From Raillietiella orientalis (Eukaryota), in assembly GCA_036172245.1 (NCBI GenBank), contig JAYWIR010000003.1, positions 2,976,001-3,040,000 of the forward strand: a DNA stretch of 64,000 nucleotides, in the 5' to 3' direction. The notes under the pieces are model-generated. The model worked only from the letters and a program-made list of their open reading frames with translations, ran no database searches and was not told the origin of the DNA. Below are positions 49,650 to 63,245 of this stretch, piece by piece. The position numbers and the translations under genes are program-made. Position 1 is the first letter of the stretch. Each line of letters begins with the position of its first letter.

Positions 49650-51900
49650 CTATCAGTTGCAGGGTACTGTAGTTTGCATACTGCCTCACCCCCCCTCATT
49701 CTTCACCGTCGTATCCGGAGAGGTCAAGACATTAAAACAGGTGTTCAGCTGCAAAGTTATCAGATTCTGGTATGTTGGTAAGAGCAGGATATCTCGTCCG
49801 GTCAGAGTGGCGATACTGGTTTGTTGCCGTGCTGGAAAGGCACAGGTCTGGTGACCTCTTGACATCTCTTGACGAGTTTCCTCCCCACTTACGAGCTGGT
49901 GAGGATCCCAATCGCCCTTTCCAGTCACCTGGAAGTGCACCAGACTCGGGGAGTAGAAGATTCTCAGGGCATCCATTTTCTGCCAGAAGGAGAGCTCAGC
50001 GTGTGAAGTGCTGGTGCTTTGTCTGGAAACTAGTGTTTGGATGGGTCTGCTAGGTTTTCTCATCCATGCCGACCGACTTCCCCCAGACCAGGTCTGGTGA
50101 GCCTGGAGAGAAGCGATCTCCTTTATCGAGAAAATCCTACTCTCGGTGCCGTTTTGTAGAGCTGCAGGGTTGATTGTGAGGCGGCCACCTCACATAGCAA
50201 CGCCAGCATACGAAAGATCCATGTCAGTCCATCTTCGGGTTCTGTAAACCGAAGTAGAGTATCAGAGAACTATGGTGAGCTAAGACCCTGTCCCACACAA
50301 AGAACTCTTGTCAGCTTGCTCTGGATGGGTTTTATGCTGATGAAGAAGAGCAAGGAGTTTCTTGGGCATTCCTGCTCGACTCCCCTGAACCCTTCCTGTC
50401 GGTAGAGAACCGTTTAGGATTCGAGTGCATGCTCCTTGGATTGTGGATGAGAAGAGGTCACCACGTCTCTCTCGATCAAGGTGCCGTGTGAAAGATCAAG
50501 AGGGATCGACCCGAAGGAATCAGTTATGCAAACATCTTCCTATCTTCTTTCAGCTTATCCCTATCTGTTTCGAAGCGTACAGTTTTGTTGGAGCACTTCG
50601 CCGAGGAGCAGAGAGCCCTTTTGTCTTGAGGATGCATTCATTACTCGTAAGCCATTTCGGATACCTGAGGGCATATAATCCGCACATGCATTCTCCCGTT
50701 GAAATCGGTCTCCATCTAAAAACCTGGGCTGCTGCGGGAGATGACTTGGAGGTTTAAATTCAGGTACTACAAAAGGTACTATTCTACAAACTGTTGCCGA
50801 AGACGGATGTCAGTGGCTCAATGAAAGGACTGGTCTTATCACACATCTCACGAATGTGCTGCCATCGCGCCCATAGGGAGGGTTCTCCGTTCTGCTCAGT
50901 AAGAATCCTGAGCGAAATTCTTGCCACCTCTTCACCCTTAAGAGTCGTGGTATCCATCGGAGAGGTGAGAGGCTTCCTACCTTCCCACCGTGGCCTCAAG
51001 CCTGCTTCTAAAATTGACACCGGAAAAGAAAGCTGGGAGACATCCTCATCTCTCTCCTGTAGTTGATCTCACGTGACCTTTCCACTCAAGAGACGCTCGT
51101 TGGATCAACCCACTCTCCGACGGACATCTCTCGTGGCAGTTTGAGGATAAGGGACATCTATTTTTTGCATCAGTTGGCGTAGAAGTCACGAATGCATCTC
51201 ATCCCACTTTTCATCTCCCGGAGACTGACCTTCTCTTTTAAAAAACTGTTTTCAGTTCAAAAGATGCACCTACTTTTTTCTTTGCATGGTGGATACAGTT
51301 GACATGTCTCCTTTGAAGAGCTCGGATTGATTATTAAACCTACTGTCGGGCCAACGGTTCCCTTAGTTTTACGAACATGTTCTGGTCTGAGTGAGAGGGA
51401 CCACAATGCGAACCCTATCTCCAGACCTTTCCTGATTTCATCTGGTCTTTCTAGGAAGACGTGAAATGAGTCCTCGTCAGCATTTGCCTTGCTCGTTCTT
51501 CCTGAGGATTCGTTTCCAGGGTCCAGAGGACAGCCTACCTCAAATCTGCCGTTGAATGAGTTGGACCCTTGCTTGAAGTGTGGCCTGGCATTTCTCGTAT
51601 CGATGATGTTGCAGAAGTCGAGACTTTCTTGTCCTGAATAAATGATGACCTCTGACTCCGCTTCCGGTTTTCTTCTCCAAACACATTCAAGACTACCTGC
51701 TCGATCTTCGGAAGTTGACTGTTCGCGCCATCCTCGGAATGAAGCTGAAGCCGTTCTCTCTCTCTGTTCTTCAGCCGATGGGTGCTTGACTGCTTTCTCT
51801 GCTCCCATGACACTGCACATGATTTACGAACGCTTCTTTCTTGACACGTTCTTCTTCGGGGCACTGGTGCTCCAGCCAGCCAGCATCCAGTGAAGTGTCA
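49650..51900 (-). mobile_element. Decayed LINE ORF2, RT and C-terminal region
   Basis: GSNSFNGRFEVGCPLDP (RQGCPLSP-like), ANADEDS (YADD-like) and VGLIINPSSSK (GL.IN..K-like) occur in the expected order. Confidence 0.55.
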
Positions 51901-52949
51901 TTCCCATTTCGTGTGATATTTGTACTTTTACAAATAAAATCTACTCTGATCAGTTTAATGATTGCTACGCCGCCTATCCGTTGTTCAGCATATCAATCCA
52001 CTTTTTGGAAGTGGACGGGGTGCTTGTAGCTTGCTCTTCTCCTTTCGCGGGTTGTACCTCTGAGATCGGACCACAACTCTCCTTCACAAGACGACCATCC
52101 CGCTCAAATGCGAAGTAAAATTACATCTTGCTGCACCACGGGCATGTGGAGATGCAAACGTAACGTAATTTCTGCCTCAACATCTACTGGGACTCGGTCG
52201 CTTCAATCACTGGATCTAGACGACTCGGATCACTCTCGGCTGCTATGATCTCCAACACTCTGCGTTTTCGCGGCACCCTAATCCGATCTACCATTTTTAC
52301 ATTCCTTTGGACGCCAGTCACTCTACTCTTCAGGTCTATGCGTTTTGAGGTTGAACAAGAATCAAGAGGGAAAGCAAAGGAAGAGGAGAGAGGATGAGAA
52401 AAAGTCAGATAATTATCCTGGAGATCCGCGCGTTTGACGAACTCCATCGTCTGAGCGGCACATTCGAAAATTTTGCACGCTGCTTCTCGAGTGCTTTAGA
52501 ATGTACCTTTTCTTTGCGAGGCTGGTACGAGCCAGACGCGCTAGCGACGAACGAGTCAGCAATGGGCAGCAGAGGAGGGACACTCGCCATCTTCAATGAG
52601 CAAGACGCTGACCAAGAACGGGATCACAGCTCAAGGAGGGGACCTCTGTGGAGGTCGAGGACGCAGAAAAATGTTCACGCTGCTCTGTGCAACTGAAACG
52701 TGGAGGTCATGAGGGTCATCGTCAGGTGAGATTTGTGCCGTAGGAGAGATGATTCGCGGTTCATCCGCACAGCGAGCAGCTGGAGGAAGCCTCATTGAGC
52801 AGGACATCAGACTGAGCAGGAGAGCGGCCTTCTGCGCCGAAGAGGCGAGATTGACGCGATGACGGTGTTCCTGGTCGGAATTCATTTCCAGAGAGTCGGA
52901 GAGCCATCTGACAATTCCTGTCGCAGCAAGAAGTGGGACATGTGGAGCT

Positions 52950-54225
52950 GAGGAACCACACTGGTGGGATTTCTCCGGAGAAAGCCTCGTGAAAATCAAG
53001 TCTAACGATGAAGTCATCATTCCTGCAGCTCCCAGGAAGCCACAATCGAGATGCATGCAGCAGGCTGTATTCTGCACTGACTGCAAGCAGAGCCACACAG
53101 TGGAGGACGGCCAGAAGGCAGGAATGCTACAGGTGCTACCAGATGGGACACTTGCAGCGCGCGTACGCACAACAACAGAAGAGTGAAAGGGAGGCACGCT
53201 CGACAGCCGCTGCAGGAGATCGTGCGGAACCCCCGCAAGCTGCTGTGGGCCTCGTTCCCGTGGGCCTTGCTCCAGTGCTGCCCTCCCTCAAAAACGCTGA
53301 GGAGAACAATCAACCGGCAAAGTGGGAAGTATCCTGCCTCATTGAAGCCAGAAAAAAAAACTGTTCAACGCGTGGACAACTCGGCAGCTAGCGGACGCTG
53401 CGATCCCGAGTATCCCGCCGAAAGGACTGCTACGCTGGGGCGAGCTGCTCGCGATCCCTCCGGAGGAGGTGGAGGGGACCCCAGCGTGCTGGGACAGTGG
53501 CACCCCTCCCCCTCAAGTGGTAAGAGATGGAGTTGCTGGTATTGCATTGGAGAGTCCCATGCAGAGCACGCCGCTCTCATTGGACACGAAGAAGTGTGGA
53601 TGCTCTTTGTGAAAGATGCGGCGAGAGAGCGAGAGACCTTCCCGCATCTTTTGATGGACTTTGCCTCCCTCCGACCCCTTTGGGATCGTCTGACGACGAT
53701 CCTAGGAAAACCGGAGGGTGAGCCAAGAGACATTTTCCTACGCCTCCTTCCACGTACCGATCTGCCTCCAGCCGCGTCCTTAGCAGTTCTCTGCTGTGTC
53801 CGTGGAATCGTGGCAGCCTGGAATGCAGAAAAAACAGGCCACAAAGGCAAGGACGCCATCCACTGGACGACGATCTTTTTGAACACCTCTTTGAGATCAC
53901 TTGGGCAACCTAAAAACAGCACTTGTCAGCATCCTAGACAGGATGCAGAGGATGGCTCCAGGAGAACAGTGATCCCTTCCCTGCGCTCCCTTTCGAAGAA
54001 ACTTCTCCCCCTCCCCCCCATTTTTGTATTTTTTGGTTTGCATTTTTGTGGTTCCCCCCCCCCCCTTCGCCGATGGAGCGGACCTCACCGGTCTGCGTAC
54101 CGATTTTTGGCAAGCCCTTCGCGCGCGGTAGGACCAAGTGTTCTATCACGAATCTGTAGTGTTTACGACTTTTACTATAATTTTTTCATAATAAATGCCC
54201 TGGCACATACGGGTGACAAACCTCA
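52950..54225 (+). mobile_element. Internally deleted LINE remnant: gag-like ORF1 zinc knuckles joined to the ORF2 C-terminal zinc finger and 3' UTR
   Basis: FCTDCKQSH and ECYRCYQMGHLQR knuckle remnants; ERETFPHLLMDFASLRPLWD; 3' end ataataaatgccctggcacatacgggtgacaaacc. Confidence 0.6.
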
Positions 54226-54749
54226 GAAGAATGCAGGTCGCCAGAGTACCGGAAGCGTATTTCCTGTGATCAGCGATGCAGAGTGTCAGTCCTGGCCAAC
54301 CCCCAAAAGGAGCACGCAGGGAAGGAAGGGGTCAAGAGACCAGCATCGGCGGAGAATAGCAGGACGAAGAAAGCAGCCCCGCCGTTGTGGAGCGACGCAG
54401 CGAGAGAGGAAACGCAGCGGGTCGAAGCCTCTGGGAGAGAAATCGCAAAACTCGATAAGGGCATTCGACAGGCCACTAGCAGAGAGGGACAAGAAGAGCA
54501 TTCTGAGCAGATGTGAGAAGTGCACCCCGCAGGACAAGCACCGACTCTGGAGCTGGAGATCCAGTTGATCGTCGCAAGAGTAAAATTCGACCAAACGGTC
54601 TGCAAGGATGCGCCCAAGCAGACAGCGAGAGCCGAATCCAACAGCCACGGCAGGGACCAAAAGTTCGTTACAAGAAAGCGCAGAGCCTGATAGGGGCACG
54701 GAGGTCGAGGAGGGAACGCGGACGTAAAAGAAGAGGCCGACGAAGAAAT

Positions 54750-56440
54750 GGAGATGGCTTCATTCCTGTCGACGACGGGATTAGCTCCTGGAACATCAGC
54801 GGATGCTCGAACCGGGAAGAAACGGAGGCGGACTGGCTTGCAAGCCGCCAGTCACAGTCCCGTCATCGGCCTGCAGAAACCCATGACCTGACGCCGTAAC
54901 ATGGGATTGGAGCGCCAAAGTCGACTGGACGCCCGACTATTTGTTCGTTACGCTGGAAACAGGATGTGAGGCTGTTCCTGCACTGACACTTCCGGTGCAA
55001 CCAGCACCTGGTTTCCGGGGAGTTGCATCTCGAACCACTGAACGTGAGGGCCGATTGTTGGGCTGCAGTGCCCTCCAGGAAGCTTGGCAACGGCTGGTCT
55101 CCGCCGTCAAACATCCCAACGAATGTCAACACCGCCACATATCGTCGCCTCCTTTCGGAGGAAGTAAGATAAATCTGGGAAGTCCAAGGGAAGGCTTTCA
55201 CAGAACCAAGCAGATGTGGGTGAACCAACTGGATACATAAGAGGGTGCACCACTCGAGACCACAACCCCATGCAAGAAGCGTGGTGCCGATCGCTGAACG
55301 TACGCACTGCACACAGCCCAGAAGGCGAGGCGGAAGTGGAACAAGCACGAAGGCGGAAACCTGCAAAGAGGGAAAACCAGGAAGGGAAATGGCAGCCAAG
55401 TGAATGGACATAGCGTATTTCCTGTCGAACTACCCGAAGTGTGAGGTTAACACCCGGAACATTGGAGAGTAATTGGACCACAAGCGACATGAACGCCAAG
55501 TACGCGAGCGTATAAGATGTTGAGGAACAAAGGAACACTTTCGATGTGTTTCTTCATTTCTTTTCTTATGCATTATAATCCGGTTGTCGTTTTCACTAGC
55601 CCAGTAGCCGCACGGCTCCTTGAGAGTAGTGGACCTTTCCCTGTCGTCCAGCGGCACGGCTCTTGCCATCCTTCCCGCCTTGGCCGGCTTCCTCGGCCAC
55701 GTTGGTTCCGATGCCCAAGGGCGGTCACCGCGACTTTCGCGGCTGTAGGCTCCCTCAGAGTCCGTTGTGGCCTAATAGCACACATCCTTGGTCGAGCTGG
55801 TAGCAGGCGCTGCTCCAAGACGCCCATCGCTGCCGCTGAGAGCCACCAGACTGTCCTGTGGAGACTCTCCTTGCTGCCTAGCATCCAGGATTGCCTCCTG
55901 ATGTTCTACCACGGAGACATCCTGTGCGGTACAAGACCCCAACACCGGACCGGGGACCCTACGACGACCCGTGTCCAGCGGTGTGGGTCGATCGAAGACG
56001 ACCTACACGAACCCTACCCCGGGATTTGAGAGTGGTGAGGCAAGGGGTAGAGATGGAGGACACGTCGACGCTTGAGATCCTGCGAGGACTCTTCGAAGGC
56101 GAAGACGGCGTACCCCGCTACAATCCCACCGTGCGGGTGATCGTCGCCTTCTTCCTGAGTATCCTCATCAGAAGAACAAAACTAACCCATGGACACATGT
56201 GCCATGCCCGGGACATCTTATCAGGACTCCTGAAAAAAGGGAGATAAACATCCGAGCGTGCGGAAGAGTTCCATCTTGGACTCTCTTGCACTGCCTCAGA
56301 ATCCTGAACCGTGCCTGCCTGGACAGTGTAGTGTCGTACCTGCGCGGGCCTCAACACCTATTCAGTGCTTTGTCTGTGTGTGTCTGTTGTGTGCATGATT
56401 GTGTGAATAAATTCACCCCGCTGCGAGTAGGACTGGGGAA
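54750..56440 (+). mobile_element. Decayed, deleted LINE ORF2 (endonuclease start to C-terminus)
   Basis: ISSWNISG...AETH matches the APE N-terminal WN..G / QETH motifs; C-terminal CGSIEDDLH remnant; AATAAA near 56406. Confidence 0.55.
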
Positions 56441-56449
56441 AGAGGACCA

Positions 56450-57750
56450 CCAGACTTCGGCATGCTACCTTAGCAGCTCTTCGATTGCCTGAAGCGGCTC
56501 TGTCAGCCAGCGGACGACTCCTCGACACGCAGGGGTGCCACCTTCTAACGGACGAAAAAGCGAACGGCTCAGGACTGAGCATGTCCGGGTGAGGGAAGGC
56601 TATCTGTCAAGCCACACAGCAGTTGTCCACCGCAGGCAGTTGGCCTCAGCAAAGCTGCCCATTCAAGGAAGGCGAGCAGGCGGGCACGCAGTCCACGTCG
56701 TTCTTCTCGAAGCCAGGCTGGCTCTCTCCGTGAGAAGATCCTCGTTTCCACACACCGAGTTCTTAAGAGCTTCAAGCTTCGCTCGCAGAAGCAGACGCAC
56801 AAATTTCCGGGTGACTCGGGTCCTCTGACTGAACGCTTCTGCGTTCCCAAGAATGGCTTCCGATTGAGACGGCACCGAGAGTGCGGGCCCACAACAGAGC
56901 AGTGCCATGAAGAACAATCGCCTCTCCCTTACGAAACCAATTCACGATGCGATCTCATCGCAACAAGAAGTCACATCTGCATGTCGAAACCCCCTTTCCT
57001 CCAAACCAAAGCATCCCGATGTCGCGAACCTTCAGCACCCCAAAGTCATCTCCTCCTGAACGATCGGAACCGTCGAAAGGAATTCACCCAATATGCCGAC
57101 GAAGCACTCACCACCCTACCACGGTACCCCTCCTTGGACCGCTCACATACGTGGCCTAGGATCGGGCGAACAAGCTGAGGACATGTTAGCTTTTAGCGCC
57201 CTCGACCACTCAAAGGTCACCGGAAACCAGGACGCCCCAGGCAGAGAAAATGGCATCTTGCGCTCCCACACCAGCTCAATCGCAAGATCCCGCCAAATTC
57301 CAACGCCGCGCCACCCACTTTCAATCGCTTCCGTTTCAAGTCGACAGACACGAACGAAGAGCTCCGTCGAATGGCGCGGGCAGCGCCATCTGCGCCGACT
57401 CGCGCATTTGGCGCTGCTTGCACGAGAAACACCGTGGAAGCGCAAGTCCCAGGTCAAATCGAACCGGAGTTCTGGTCATCATCGTGTTCGCGGTTGCCTT
57501 CTCAAGTCCACGGATGCAGGGATGCAACCTCGCACTCCACTTGCGTAGGAGCCCCACGTCCCCCGGCGGTCCACCGCACGGAAAAAGTCTTCTTGGCTCC
57601 AGTCCCGCAAGCACGTCTCTACTTGGCAATTTTCCTCTTCTCACATAGGGCGTTCGACTGCCCACGGACATGTGTGCGATTTTTTCCTCTTTGCTTTTCT
57701 GCTTCCACATCACGTGGCCGTTCGGGAAAAGGCCCGTCATCAACAGCTCT
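56450..57750 (-). mobile_element. Decayed LINE endonuclease/linker fragment, probably a different (I/Jockey-like) clade
   Basis: WFPVTFEWSRALKANM (SDHFP...W..KANW-like) and RKFVRLLLRAK linker. Frameshifted. Confidence 0.35.
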
Positions 57751-59408
57751 CTGCAAAACACTGTTCCGCTCTCCAAGTGAGCGTGACGTTCCACCTCGAC
57801 TTTGCAAACCTAATCCACCTGCGAAAATGCGACCCAGCATCCTGAGCAAGATGCCAGCAACAAGCTCGACGAATCCCGCCGCGATACATAGGCTCACCTT
57901 CCTGCAGACGTATGCAAGAAGTGAAATTCTTCGTGCACTGCCCATCCTTGCACCTGCTGCCTGCAGGCATAGTCAGCTATGAGCTACTCAACTGCCTAAC
58001 ACACTTCCAATACACATCGCTTGCTGACTCGAACTCGAACGATGGAAGAGCAGGGACCATTCCCCAGCACGAAAAAAAATCGTTGCAAACGGATTCTTTG
58101 GGGCACCAGAATGGAAGATGAGCAGACAACAAGCAAGGTGGGCACATTCGTGCACCTGCGAGGTCTGTAGCACTCTGGAACTCGAAACTGCTGGAGATGA
58201 TCTGGAACAAGAAGCAACGAAACACCAGTGCATCGAGGATAATGTGCACACTGCACACATCTATTGCCATATAACTGGTACATCCATGCAACAGAAGGTC
58301 ATGCTGAAATGAAAGGGCAGGGAGAACCCAAGGAAACTCTTTCAACAGAACGAGAGCTTGGTTTCATCGTTCCTGGTACCTTGAATGAGGGCCGTGCCAG
58401 CTGGCAAGCATGCCAGAACATTCTCCAATGGAGTTCCATGAAGCACAGTCACCTGCGGTGGAAAGCAGTTTGTACATTACAGCACCACTGCTTCTGCATT
58501 GGTGCCAGAGTGCACAAACACCTATGTGATATACTAAATGCAAAGACAGACTTCAATCTTTGCAAGAGGCTCCCTGCTACCTCAAGCAAACAAGGAAACT
58601 GAACATCAACAAAAATGCGGACATTATTTTTGCTGCATGTTTCAGCATTGGATGAACAACTGCGTGATTTGATATACCAACCCAAAAGCATTTCTCAATG
58701 ATTTCTCTTCTTATGCTCCTTTAGGTTCTGATCATCAAAAAGTCAATGAGGCTTACAAACTAAATGTTGATGTTTGCAAAGACATCCACTGAATGCATGT
58801 TGACAAATCAGGATATTTACAAAGATACATACCCCATCATTGCTGAAGCACTGGTGGATACTGCATAATTTTCGAACACCATTGAAATATCTCAGCTCAT
58901 AGGTGCTGGGAACAGCACAACACTTTCATCTTTATTGAGTTTAACAAGCCTAGATGATGAATCCACAACAAATGAACAGCTGACAGTCAAGTGAAAGATC
59001 TTTTATTAGATGTACGTTTGAAAGATATCTTGAGCCTGTATTCTACAACCAGCAGTAGCATCTGCAGCATGCAACATGAAAGTACGATGGCATATCATGC
59101 TATCATTGTGAATTCCTACTTTCCAAATGGCAACTACCCACACAAAAGATATATGATTGAAATAATGGAAAGAAATAAGTAATGAAAACAATAATTCAAG
59201 AATAATGAGAAGCTTCTTGAAACATTATTACTTTTGCTTTTTGGAGTGTTTTTTTCCACTTCAGACTACTTAAAAGGCAGAAAATTGACAGGAGGTGGTA
59301 ATCAAAGTGAGCAACCAAAGCTTTACCAATGCCACTGAATGAATCTATAAGATAATAATATAATCTGCAATCTCCTGTAGATTATTGATTTGTTGGACCA
59401 CAAAGCTT

Positions 59409-60153
59409 TCACATGGAATGCAGCATTTGCAAAAAATCAACTTTTAAGAGTTCTTTGGATTCTTCCAGACTAATGGCTTGTCTATGTGGAAACAGCTTAC
59501 ACAACAAGAAATTTGGATCCGTATGTTTTAATGGATCAAATTCAACTCCCTTGTCATCTAAAGCATAAGTACCATTTCTGACAGAACAAAAGGCGTCGAC
59601 TACATCAACTGTTGTTGGGTTTTCTTTACGCCGCTTTATCCTCGCGAGTCTTGCATCTGGCAAACAAATAGTTACATGTAAAAAGTCTGCAAATTTTTAT
59701 CTAGTCCATACGATCAAACACACTATGATAAATACATGCATCACAAACCACATTCTTTCCATCACTTCATATCAACAGACTCCAGAATCTGCTTCTGCTT
59801 TTGCAAATTACCAGCATGTTCGATGGTCTTTCTCGATATGAAATCATTCCTCGCTTACGCCTTATTCAGTCATTTACCAGAACATCAAAACAGGTAAAGC
59901 ATAAAATGGGAAGAGGGTTAAACCAGGAGAGAGCACAAAAACACAACATTTCCGTCCGCCTTCTTCGTTTACTGGCAAAGCCTCGCTCAAGGCAGTTGCA
60001 GCAGAAGGCAAGCAAGCAAAACGATCATGTACCTAGGACTGCCAAGTATTCTGCAGAATCCGATAGGACATTTAAAGAAGAAAAACTATCTTCGAAATCA
60101 CAACGCACATCGCTCTTCTGGGAAGGATCGCTTGGACATTGCCATGCATCCAT
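59409..60153 (-). CDS. CCDC32: CCDC32 (C15orf57) homolog, 122 aa; exons 60153-60033 and 59656-59409
   Basis: MDAW...DFEDSFSSLNVLSDSAEYLAVL|DARLARIKRRKENPTTVDVV...KLFPHRQAISLEESKELLK matches remembered CCDC32 motifs (DS..YLASLE.KL.RIK and P...A.S.EE...L). Phase-1 GT-AG intron. Confidence 0.8.
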
Positions 60154-62549
60154 TTTGTCTCACATCAGCAGCTACGTCGGCCATCCGACATTTTCAATCG
60201 CGGCCAGTTCGTTTCAAGATGTCCTGGTCAGTGTTTCCAGACGCTTCACACTCTCTACCAAAACAAGGACTCCGGACGACAGTCCAGTTTACCTCGGGAA
60301 GCTACAGCCTTATCGGCATCTCGGTTCGTCCGTAAGAACCGTGGAAGCTCCTGCTCGCAACATCAGGAACCGAAACCACTATAAAACATTTTCCTTTTCG
60401 GTCAACAAACCAAGATTGCTGGATCGATGCACAGGATTCAAGAGGCTCTAGTTTTTTTTCGACCCGCAGTGTGACTGCATGACCGGCGACATAGAGTTGT
60501 CTTCACGAGCACCCCTCGTTGTACAGGTGAGAAAGAACGTTGGTAAATCTGCAAAGAAAAAATGCCTACCTTCAAACTCAAGTTACATTGTTATGGGTGG
60601 ATTTGTATGCATACTTGATTGACAAATTTGCAATGAAGATACTGTAGTGTTTCTGGAAACATGAGGTTTTGGGTGTGCCAATGGGAAAAATACAACAAAA
60701 CTGGACTCCTCTCCCCCTCTCTGTTTGCACTTAGATCTACTCTGTTGCACTAGAAAACAGTGTCTTTTACACATTTGTATTTTCGGGCTCTGCTACCTCG
60801 CATATTAAGTGCCAATAGCGTGACATAAAGTTTAGGGGTTCTGTCAAATTTCTTGCGCGGCAAACTCTATTCTCGAAATCGAAGAATACATACGATTATT
60901 CTCACTTTTGATTTCATCCTCATTGTAATCAGAATCATGTTCGTGTTAGGCCTTGAGAGAATAACAAGTTCCTTTAGTAACCGGAGAATCGCAATGTCGT
61001 TTAGAGAGAAACGTGTTCGTGTAAATTTTTATTGAGTCATTCACCAGGCATCGCATGTGACGGAAAGTAAGCGGATCAATTCTTTCATACATGTTGACCA
61101 AGCTGAGGTCCAATTTGTTAGTATCTTCGACAGCTGCCTGATACTTTGTTGGTGCTCACTCTAATTGCTGAGGCATCGTTGTTTAAACGATGAGAACAAA
61201 CAAACAATTTAGGTTCAGACTGAAGAAATTTGCAAATTATACAAAGGATATACTTAGGATTCTAGTACTGTATACAGATTTTCAAAATAAAACGCTGCTC
61301 TTATACTGAAATTTCATGGTTTAGATTGGATTGCTTGGTTCATGATCACTAGAATACTTTTATTTTTTTCTTTTCTGAGAGTTGAGTAATTTATATGGAA
61401 TGTCGTAGAAAATGAGAACATTTTAGATTTGGAACTCTTGCTAAGAAAGCAGACTAATTGAAGTTATGAGAAGAACCTAATTGTACTGGCCTTAATTAAT
61501 ATGGTGTTGCTTATAATGTGTAGTTTTGGATATTTATTGAGAGGGTAGGAACACCAAGATTACAAATTACCTGATCAAATGAAAATTTCGGTTTAGAACA
61601 AGTTACAAATATCCACTTGGTACTAACCTCATGAAGCATCGTATAATTTGTAGATCCATATTTAACTTTTTTCGAACAGTTTCTAAGTTGCAAGCTGAGT
61701 CCAGAGATCGAGTCCAAGCTACACTTCAGAACTGCCGGCACACGGAGCACAAGACCCCATGTCCAAAATGATACCGGAAGTTGACGATATTCAATCATAT
61801 GGCCATTATTTCTTCCTGACCCCTTCTTAGAGTGAAACTCAGTGGTCTTGCAGTCCTCCTACCGGTATTCCTCTTAATTCCTCCTCGAGACATTCCCCTC
61901 CAAGGTCGGTATCGTGCTGCCGACTCCGTCCCATCATGACCCACTTTGATCTCGCATCTACCACGAGATTCTTCTTTATCTTTTTTCCAATTCTTTAATC
62001 GTTTTTTAAATCTCCGTAACGAACATCTCTTATGCAATCCCTTTCCCCAGTCGATTATGTATCCAAAGATAATTCTTGGACAAAGATCTCTCTCTTCCTG
62101 AAATGCACGCTCATCATGGCCATTCTGCTCATCCTAACACCCAACTCGTCATTCAAGGTAACCACTCTGTACTCAAACACTCCAGCGTCATCCCCCGAGA
62201 TCACTGTCAGAGGAAAAAGCATCTTCTCGTCACACTCCTGCTTTCCCTGATATCCACAAGCCCACATCCCTCATACTCCCGAGATAGAGAATCACTTCTC
62301 TCGTTCAGATTGGAATCAGGGATTAGAATCCTTTAGCGGCCAGATGATCTGAGCTGCCAACGCAACCGGCACACCGAGGTCCCCCGCTTCTCCCCTGCAC
62401 TCTCTCATCCTCCATGATCCCTTGTTTAGAGGTCGCAGGCACCTATCGTGCGGATGGATGGCCGAGACAGAGAAGTGCTGAGGAGGAGAGAGTGCCACTT
62501 CGCATCCAATGCGTCCTGGGGACAAAGGCAAGCGGCCGGTAATAGGAAG

Positions 62550-63245
62550 GTCTGCCCTCGTTGATGGCCCTGTGGCTGCAGGCGGACACCGCGGCGTGGC
62601 ACCGACCGTCGCGGGTTCGAATCCCGCTCGGGGAAGGATCGACGCCGAAAAATGGAGGGTGAGTCGTGGGTTTCGAGTTCCCCCCTCAAGATGACTCTGG
62701 TTGACCTATTCGGGTGCGACACTGGTGGAAGTCGGAAACCCGATGTTCCTGTTGACTGGCCGGGATTTGGAAGTTGACCGTCCGGGGTCCTTCCAGGACA
62801 TCAAGGAGCCCTTCGAGGTTCCCCTCCAGTTGAGAAAATGGAACCATCCATCGAGTACCACAAAGCTGCTTGGTACCTCCTTCGAGGGGTTGTCTCTCCA
62901 GAATGTGAAGAAGCGCGCTGCTTCCTTCAAGGAGCGTCCCTCAGGGAGATTGGGAAACGTCCTTCCGGGGTTCTCTTCAGAGGAGGCAAGGAGAGATCCT
63001 TTCCGAGTGGTTCCTCCGGAGAGGAAATTCCAGGAGAGGATCTTTTCTGGGCTCCCTTCGGAGAAGAAATGATGGAGTGGCCCCCTCCAGAGGGTCCCTT
63101 CGGAGAGAATAAGGCAGGATTCTCCAAACGTAAGAGGAAAGGATCCTTCCTTCGGAGCCTTCCTGGATTCATAGGGTGGTAGCTCCTAACTTGAAGAGTT
63201 ACTTACTGCACGCACCCTCGGGCGGCGTGGGCAGCGTTCAAGAGC
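62550..63245 (+). mobile_element. tRNA-headed SINE-like element with a hairpin-array body, copy 2 (diverged)
   Basis: B-box GGTTCGAATCC at 62614-62624; blocks ggggttctcttcagaggag, gaaattcc and cttcctggattcataggg shared with copy 1. Confidence 0.7.

Noticed and set aside
53183..54568. 461-aa ORF as a host gene
   Set aside because: Composite of a LINE C-terminal zinc-finger remnant read through its 3' UTR.
57750..59200. Possible additional gene downstream of CCDC32
   Set aside because: No consistent exon chain or recognisable peptide could be built on either strand.
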